Positions 57,213 to 64,000 of a stretch of 64,000 nucleotides of DNA are shown piece by piece (within the stretch, counting starts at the first letter, position 1; each line of letters starts with the position of its first letter). The notes under the pieces are model-generated. The model did not search any database and was not told the DNA's origin. It saw only the letters and a program-made list of their open reading frames with translations. Where the stretch lies: assembly GCA_964247055.1 (NCBI GenBank), contig OZ176052.1, positions 9,300,001 through 9,364,000 on the forward strand, written 5' to 3'. Source of the stretch: Paragordius varius. Lineage: Eukaryota; Animalia; Nematomorpha. The translations under genes and the position numbers were made by a program.

Positions 57213-57759
57213 CACTTCGATTCAAATTGGGGTAAATACCCCCGACTAAATTTAAATTAATATTTTAACAAAACTATTGAAGGAATCTGTCTCAATTTAA
57301 ATTTATGCTTCTATACTATTAAAAATTATATAATTATGCCAAAATATCTTGATAAAATTTTGTTTTAAAAAAAAGTTCCATGTCAAACTACTTGCAAAAT
57401 ATTGTCTTTATTTAATTCTAAGGGTAAAATTAAAACTAAATTTTTATTTAAATTACATCTAACATTGATAGAAATAGAAAAGCGGTTTATTTTGTATTAT
57501 TTTTTAATTTTACCATTTCACACATGTCACGTTGACGAAATTTTTATTTTTCAATATTAGCTTAAAATAAGTAATATCAAGTGTTTTTGAATAAAATTTT
57601 TTATATATTTCGGTTTATTAATGTTATATAAGTGCAAAATTTTGCCATGGTTTCGATTTCTTCCATACTTTTTAAAGTATTTGATTTTAAACAGGTCTGG
57701 GGTATCCAACTACCCCAATTTAAATCGAAGGACTAAAATGAGTGTGTTGTATCCAAGTG
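57213..57759 (+). mobile_element. piggyBac-like MITE family copy, 547 bp
   Basis: TTAA|CACTTCGATTCAAATTGGGGTA ... TACCCCAATTTAAATCGAAG-24 bp-AAGTG|TTAT. Confidence 0.88.
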
Positions 57760-57773
57760 TTATTTAAAGAAAA

Positions 57774-57910
57774 ATATGGCGGCGAAAAATTATTAAATCA
57801 TATATTTTCACAATTTTAAGTTTTTCAAAATAAAATATTTTATAGAAGGCATATTTTAAAATTTGTCCAATACTTGATATACTTATTAAGATATTCATTT
57901 AAATCACCTT
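57774..57910 (+). repeat. Dispersed repeat, also at ~62056-62210
   Basis: aaaa(ta)tggcggcgaaaaa..ttttacaatttta..aaaatatttt..aatac.t..ta.tt.ttaagatattca shared between the two loci. Confidence 0.6.
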
Positions 57911-58346
57911 TTGATATACAATTATGAGTTAAAACTTAAAGATCATTTTAAAATAAAATAATTTAAATAATTGTAAAGTTTAATCAAGTGTTAAGTCTGA
58001 TTGGAATATTTAATGAGTTGATTTTGATTTAAAAAGCGTTAAATTTTTTGGGAAATTCTTGTTTATTGGAATAATGTTGATTTAAATTTTGGCTCCAAAA
58101 CGCCACAGTAGTTTATACTGAAAGTGATGTTTATGTGAGCTAATATATTAATGCATCTTTCTGCCAATTGTTAACAGATATACCTAAAAATTTAATCGGC
58201 GTAACATTTGAGTTATATATAAACATCATGTCTTTAAAGGAGAATTCAAAGTTTTGCTTCATTTATATCAGGTTTTTCTGAATAAGCTCTTGAGCCGAAT
58301 TTGGCAGATGAGCCATGTGAATAAACCAGCTCATAATGCTTTATAT

Positions 58347-58534
58347 CAGTGGTACTCACCAAAAAAATTTAAGGGGCCAAAAAAATATTTTTCTTGTCTC
58401 AAAGGCATAAAACCAATGAAAATTTCATAGCTGTTTATTACAATTGCAGTATCTATACTGCAAATAAGTATAAAAATAATAAAAATTAAGGGCCATAAAA
58501 AAGGACTTCAAGGGCCGCAATTTAAGTATTCCTG
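58347..58534. mobile_element. 188-bp hAT-type MITE nested in an older TIR element (~58279-58720)
   Basis: Ends CAGTGGTACT / AGTATTCCTG with TSD CTTTATAT / CCTTATAT (7 of 8). The host element has inverted ends tgaataagctcttgagc / gctcaaggcttattca. Confidence 0.65.
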
Positions 58535-59401
58535 CCTTATATAATCCATATCTCCTATTTTTTTGTATTAAAAAGTATCGATACCTTCTTGAGCCACAAA
58601 AATGGTGCCTAATTTCATTTAAATTTTTGAGTCATAATATATTCGAAAGAATTGAGCTCCTTGAATCATGCACGCCACTCGAGCTGGCATTATCAAGAAT
58701 ATAAGCTCAAGGCTTATTCACAAGGTTCTAGGTAAGGGGTTTTTAAAGTTTATTTATAGACCAGTTCGTGATGAAACCACATTTTTTAATATGCGAAAAC
58801 ACATTTAATATGTACCACCTGTTAGTCAGAAAAACCCTAAAATTTAAAATATGATCATTTAGAGGATAATTTTTGAGGGATGGCGTAAAATTTGATTCTA
58901 TTTCAAAGAAAACGAAAAGCTCTGGATGTTAAAAAGTTTGTTATGTCAGCACAGATTACGGTAGGCTTAATCACTGGTTGTGTCGCATTACGCCTCATTA
59001 GAGTGGTAAATATCGTCAGTTGCACGGAATATTAGTGCTTATCAGTTAACCATTTTAATGTACCTTATTATGACTGTGGAGGAAAACATCTGTCAAAATT
59101 TTTCAAAATATGTTTCTACACCGATTTTTGATTTTTCATTAATTAGATGTCATTAAAATTTAAAAAGTTGATTGGTTTCTGTTAACTCATATATCTTCAT
59201 TTCGTGGTGATAAATAACTGGTACCACTGATTGTCCTAATTAGCGGTTTATAACTTAACTAGCAGAAAGACAAATACGTCATTTTGTATTAAAACTAATT
59301 TTCTGGGTATTTACGATATTTGAGTTTTTAAATTATTGTTTATATCTACTATCTTATTTTGTATCTTAAATGATGTTTTAATCTATATAGTTAAGTAAAA
59401 G

Positions 59402-59612
59402 CAGGGGTCTCCAACACAAATTGCTTCGCAAGCCGCATTTGGAAAATATATGAGCATTAACAAATATTTTATTAGATTTTAGAGCTAAGACTGTAAAAAC
59501 AAATATTTTAACATTTTTTGCTAGTTCCATGCCAAAATTCAAGAAAATATTCTTTTTCTTAGATTTCGTATTTTTTTTAAAATTTTTCGCGAGCCGCATG
59601 TTGGACACCCAA
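59402..59612. mobile_element. hAT-Charlie-like MITE (~210 bp)
   Basis: CAGGGGTCTCCAACA...GCCGCATGTTGGACACCC inverted termini. TSD not clear. Confidence 0.65.
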
Positions 59613-59846
59613 TCGCAAATAAATTTATAAGACGCCTATTTCTAAACCTACCTAACCAAACTAAAGTAATATTAGATATAATTAACCATTTATCACATAT
59701 ACATATATCATTTACAAAATATTGTAGTAGACATAATTACAAAAAATAGCAACATCATTAAAACAATTAACAATATATCATTGTAATAAAATTTAGATTG
59801 AAGATGATAGATCACAAGACTACCTACAAATAAAATTGGGAAACTA

Positions 59847-60365
59847 TTAATAACGTGCCCAAGGTCCACCACCCAAATTAGGTGCCATATTTGGATAGTT
59901 TTGTGGAGCAGCCATATATCCGCCCCCACCTCCTCCAATTCCAGCGGTTGGACTAAATTGAGAAGGAGGAGGATTCATATTATAGTTAGGATTATTAGGG
60001 TTAAAATTATTCATCATAGCAGGTGGATTTTGATAGCTCAGCATTCCACCAGCCGGTCCGCACCCAGGTGGAGGCGCATATTGTGCATTTCCGCTTGGCG
60101 GCATATTTCCAAGCATGGCAGCCACCCCACCAGGTGGCACATCGAATTTGGGAAGGAAAATGGGGTCTGGAACCGCCCCAGCATAATTATTGTAATTTTG
60201 AGCTAAATTCTGTTGTTGCTGTTGAGCCAAAAATGGATCACCATAATTTCCAAAGGTCTGTTGGGGTTGGGCTGGCATATACCCCCCAAAACCTTGAGGC
60301 ATATTCATATTTGTTTGGGGTTGAAAAATGGGCCCTTGATTGGGTGGTTGAAATGAATTATACAT
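59847..60365 (-). CDS. Pro/Gly/Gln/Asn/Tyr-rich low-complexity protein (172-aa ORF; true termini uncertain)
   Basis: GC-elevated ORF in an AT-rich background. A possible 31-nt intron just before the stop would extend it to 59708 with a hydrophobic tail. The ATG sits inside a GTATGT donor-like sequence, so upstream exons are possible. Confidence 0.7.
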   Translation of the reverse strand: MYNSFQPPNQGPIFQPQTNMNMPQGFGGYMPAQPQQTFGNYGDPFLAQQQQQNLAQNYNNYAGAVPDPIFLPKFDVPPGGVAAMLGNMPPSGNAQYAPPPGCGPAGGMLSYQNPPAMMNNFNPNNPNYNMNPPPSQFSPTAGIGGGGGGYMAAPQNYPNMAPNLGGGPWARY

Positions 60366-61302
60366 ACCTAAGTTAGGTGAATTAACTCTATCCTAGATGG
60401 TTTAGTGAGGTAATTGTAATAAACGAAATGTATAGGTTTTAGGTATTTAACAATAACTATATTATTTTATTGTATTTTTATGATTGTTGTCATATGAAAG
60501 TAAGAATTGATATATCAAACAATCATACTTTTTTTATAAATACATAACTTATATATCCGAAATCTATGTTATTAAACAAAAAAAATCATTGTACGATAAT
60601 TGATTTTGATAAGACGGCTTTAATTTAACTACGTGTCACACATACATGTATTTGTTAAATTATACCGTGCATTTCATATATATAATTATAAAGGTTAATA
60701 TAATCATTTGCAAAAATATTATCGTAGAATGGACCTTAAAAATATAAAATGCAACCCTTTTAGGGCGTGGGCGGATATGACCTAATTTTATCTCCTTTTA
60801 TTTGTAAATTTGTAATTTCGTTTTATCAATATTCTTTTGGAAACACTTAATTTTATTTTACCTGATCCATTTCAAATAAGATCTGATCACTTTTACAAAA
60901 ATGAAATTTCTAATCATTCAGATATTTGTATTGTTGTTATCCTTATTCGCCCGAACGACAAGTTTTCCCTTTTAAAATTAATAATGATTTTAACTAAGGA
61001 TAACCTAAACCGTTTTTAAAAACCAAAATCATTGGCTTCTACAACTCTTTAAAAGTGAACCAACCGTATTTGCAAAAAAATTTAATTTTTTATTTTTCAG
61101 AATATTATAATATAATAAATATTTCCAAATTATTCCATTATTTTTGTGGATAGTAAGAAATCGAATAAAAATGATTTGCCTATTGTAAATATAAAAAAAA
61201 ACCAAATCAAATCCATTTTCCTCTGTATAATGGAATCGGAAAAAATTAGAACCAAACTAAAATCATAAGTTAGATACAATAATTATTATAATTTTCTGTT
61301 AG

Positions 61303-61464
61303 ATGGTCAAAGTCGAAACGATCTTTTCCGCATGGTTATGGATAGTTGTAGGAAACAATATCCTCATTATACAGTAGTGGATGATCAAAAGAAAAAATTT
61401 ATTGAGTGCATAACCAATGAACAAGAAGATTTGGATATGCCGTCTATTATTGAAGATATATTGT

Positions 61465-61497
<33 letters not shown>

Positions 61498-61591
61498 GCA
61501 TATGTGCCATTTAAATAATATATTCCTACATAAAAAAGATATTTAATAAATTATGATTAATTATATTTTACATAGATCTTCTGCTGAATGA
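61303..61591 (+). CDS. 3' exons of an unidentified gene
   Basis: Exon 61303-61462 (DGQSRNDLFRMVMDSCRKQYPHYTVVDDQKKKFIECITNEQEDLDMPSIIEDI) spliced to 61576-61591 (LSSAE stop). A signal-peptide-like MKFLIIQIFVLLLSLFARTT at 60901 could not be joined in frame. Confidence 0.45.
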
Positions 61592-62235
61592 AGATGTCTA
61601 AAGGTCTTGGAAATGTTTACTCTCAATGATAGAATAACCGAATTATTTATATATTTTGTCTGTGTACCCACAATAGAAAATAAAACTAGTAAATTTATAA
61701 CTGATGATTTAAAGTGATGGATACTGTTTAATGACCTTTTAATATTTTTGCCCTAGTTGATATATTAAGGAAGTTTTATATCCCAGAGCTCAATTTGTAA
61801 ATAAACACTTTGAAAGTTATTTTGGTTAAAATGCATTGTTCTCATGTATTAGATAAAAAAGCTTATATTTTACACATTTTGTGATTTCAGAGTCTAAAAT
61901 TGGGACAGCTCCAATACACGATTGAAACGAATAGGCGATATAAATATCAAAATCAAGTTTTCACTAAATTGTAGCTTGAAAGCTTTTTTGAGTTAATTAC
62001 TTACATTAAAATACATTTATTTGCCTGAATTAACGATATGAAAAATTTTATAGAAAAAATGGCGGCGAAAAAATTTGAGATGAGGATTTTTTACAATTTT
62101 ACATTTTTTTAAAAAATATTTTTATATAATGCGCCCAATAGGATAAAGAAAGCATAATTTTAAATTCGGTTTAATACCTTAAATACTTTTAAAGATATTC
62201 AAAATATATCGCTCTGGGATAAACTTCCTTAAAAG

Positions 62236-62384
62236 TGGAGCTTAAAACAAAAAACGCCGTTTGTTTTGCATTATTTTTATATTTAGCCAATGCACACATG
62301 TCATGCAGGCTATATTTTAACCACGTTTACTTAAACATAAGTAATATCAAGATTTTGAAAAAATCTCTTTTATATTTCGATTTC
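62236..62384 (+). mobile_element. Internal fragment of the piggyBac-like MITE family, cut by the foldback-like element
   Basis: cacacatgtcatg..aagtaatatcaaga matches the family mid-section and stops where the next element begins. Confidence 0.55.
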
Positions 62385-63900
62385 TCATATGCATTTTAAT
62401 GTATGTTTAGTAATTTTATTGCCAGTCAAAAAACATAAATGGTTTATCAAATGCGTAAAAACTGACCCACAAAATTATTTCGTAGTACACATATGAAAGA
62501 TTGACGTGAGAATTAACATAGGCCTTAATTTGATGGACATTTAGTAATGTTAAATTTTGAGAATATTATAGCAATTTATGTTAACATTTGTAATATTGTT
62601 GTTACGCATTCAGATGCGGAATTTTGTGGGTTTTTATCTTTGATAAATTAATAATAAAATACGTATCTTAAGATTTTTTATGTTAATTATTCCTAAATTT
62701 ATTAATAAATATTTTTCAACATGCTAAATACCTGTATTAATCAATATTGGTGTTATAATTTTATATAGTTGTTATTACTAATTAAAAAATCACAGGTAAA
62801 TACATATTTGTGAAATTTAAGTAGATTTTAGATTTTTGTCATATGTTTTGCATTGTTATATATTAATAATTTTTAAGTATTTCAGACATTTTAATCAGGT
62901 AAAAATGTGGTTTTTAAATTTAGACAAATTTAATTTTTTTGTTTTTTATGTAACATTGTTAATTGTAATCATTTACTACATATTTTGGACATTTTAATAA
63001 ATACAGGTAATAATTGCGGTTTTTAACAAATTTAGTAAAAATTAAGTTTTTTTTTGTTTTTTAGATTTTGCATTGTTAATTGTAATTATTCATTACATAT
63101 TTTGGACATTATAATAGATATAGGCAAAAAATGCGGTTTTTAACTAAAAATTTAGTTTTTTTAGGTTTTGCATTGTTAATTGTAATTAATTACTACATAT
63201 TTTGGACATTATAATAAATACAGGTAAAAATTGCCGTTTAAAATAAATTTAGTAAAAATTTAGTTTTTTTTGTTTTTTAGGTTTTCCATTTTTAATTGTA
63301 AATACATATTTTGGACATTATAAAAAATACAGGTAAAAATTGCGGTTTTTAACAAATTTAATAAATATTTAGTTTGTTTTGTTTTTTAGGTTTTCCATTT
63401 TTAATTGTAATTAATTAATACATATGTTGGACATTCTAATAAATACAGGTAAAAATTGCGGATTTTTTTTGTTTTATAGGATTTTCATTGTTAATTGTAA
63501 TTAATTAATTTTGGACATTTTAATTAATAGAGGTAAAAAATGAGGTTGTTTTTATATTTAGTAAAAATTTAATTTTTTCCTGTTTTTTTATTTAATATTG
63601 CTAATTGTAATTAATTACTACATATTTGGAAATTTTAAAAAATACAGGTGAAAATGGCGGTTTTTAACAAATTTCAAATGTAAAATTTTTTGTATTTTGT
63701 ATCATTGTTATTTAATTAATTACTAAATATTTTGGACATTTAAAAAAATGGTGTAAATTGCGGTTTTTAGTAAATTAGTAAATTTTTAAATTTTTTGTTC
63801 AACCTTGCTAATTTATTTATCACTATATATTTGTGATACATTGATATATACAGGTAAAAATTACTATGATTTTCGGTTTTGTAAAATATTATTTTTTTGT
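62385..63900 (-). mobile_element. Foldback-like element copy 2 with an expanded ~110-bp minisatellite (second TIR not in the window)
   Basis: 62385-62610 matches the TIR of 753-1817. The next segment is the reverse complement of ~1400-1600, followed by about 8-9 tandem units (tactacatattttggacatt at ~62975, 63092, 63190, 63303, 63418, 63510, 63617, 63721). Confidence 0.85.
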
Positions 63901-64000
63901 TTTACATTGATAATTAGTATATTAAATATAGTTAACATATCTGAGTAGGTAAAAATGCATGTTACGGTTTTATGTTTGCCATTATATTTTCCAAATCAAC

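Noticed and set aside
60901-60975. Secreted micro-peptide MKFLIIQIFVLLLSLFARTTSFPF
   Set aside because: Signal-peptide-like, but it stops after 24 codons and no in-frame splice to downstream exons was found.

Overview
Very AT-rich eukaryotic nuclear DNA in the standard genetic code, with animal-like genes. A compact, probably parasitic metazoan is suggested by many 21-26 nt GT-AG introns; that size class is known from dicyemid mesozoans, but I cannot assign the taxon from this window. Genes reconstructed by hand from splice sites and reading phase, in order: a head-to-head pair of CYP3-clan cytochrome P450s (7439-12429 minus, 13197-15999 plus); GNL2/NOG2 (22152-25527 plus); a small minus-strand gene starting at 27297; a 16-exon, about 1313-aa protein I cannot identify, with an Asn/Thr/Ser-rich tail (27352-35266 plus); a NUDT17-like Nudix protein whose catalytic box lacks its glutamates (about 40677-42390 minus); CNOT7/CAF1 (44348-47074 minus) only 107 bp head-to-head with WDR5 (47182-51156 plus); a two-exon ZDHHC2/15/20-type palmitoyltransferase (51470-55975 minus); a Pro/Gly/Gln/Asn-rich ORF (59847-60365 minus); and a partial plus-strand gene near 61.3-61.6 kb. 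Intergenic DNA and long introns are packed with DNA-transposon derivatives: a complete but decayed hAT (Blackjack-like) element with a perfect 8-bp TSD (37179-40446), a TTAA-targeting piggyBac-like MITE family including a copy nested inside itself, a foldback-like element with an internal minisatellite at both ends of the window, hAT-Charlie-like and Tc1-like MITEs, and a probable Helitron 3' end. No rRNA, tRNA or CRISPR array was seen. Family calls rest on recalled motifs, not database searches.
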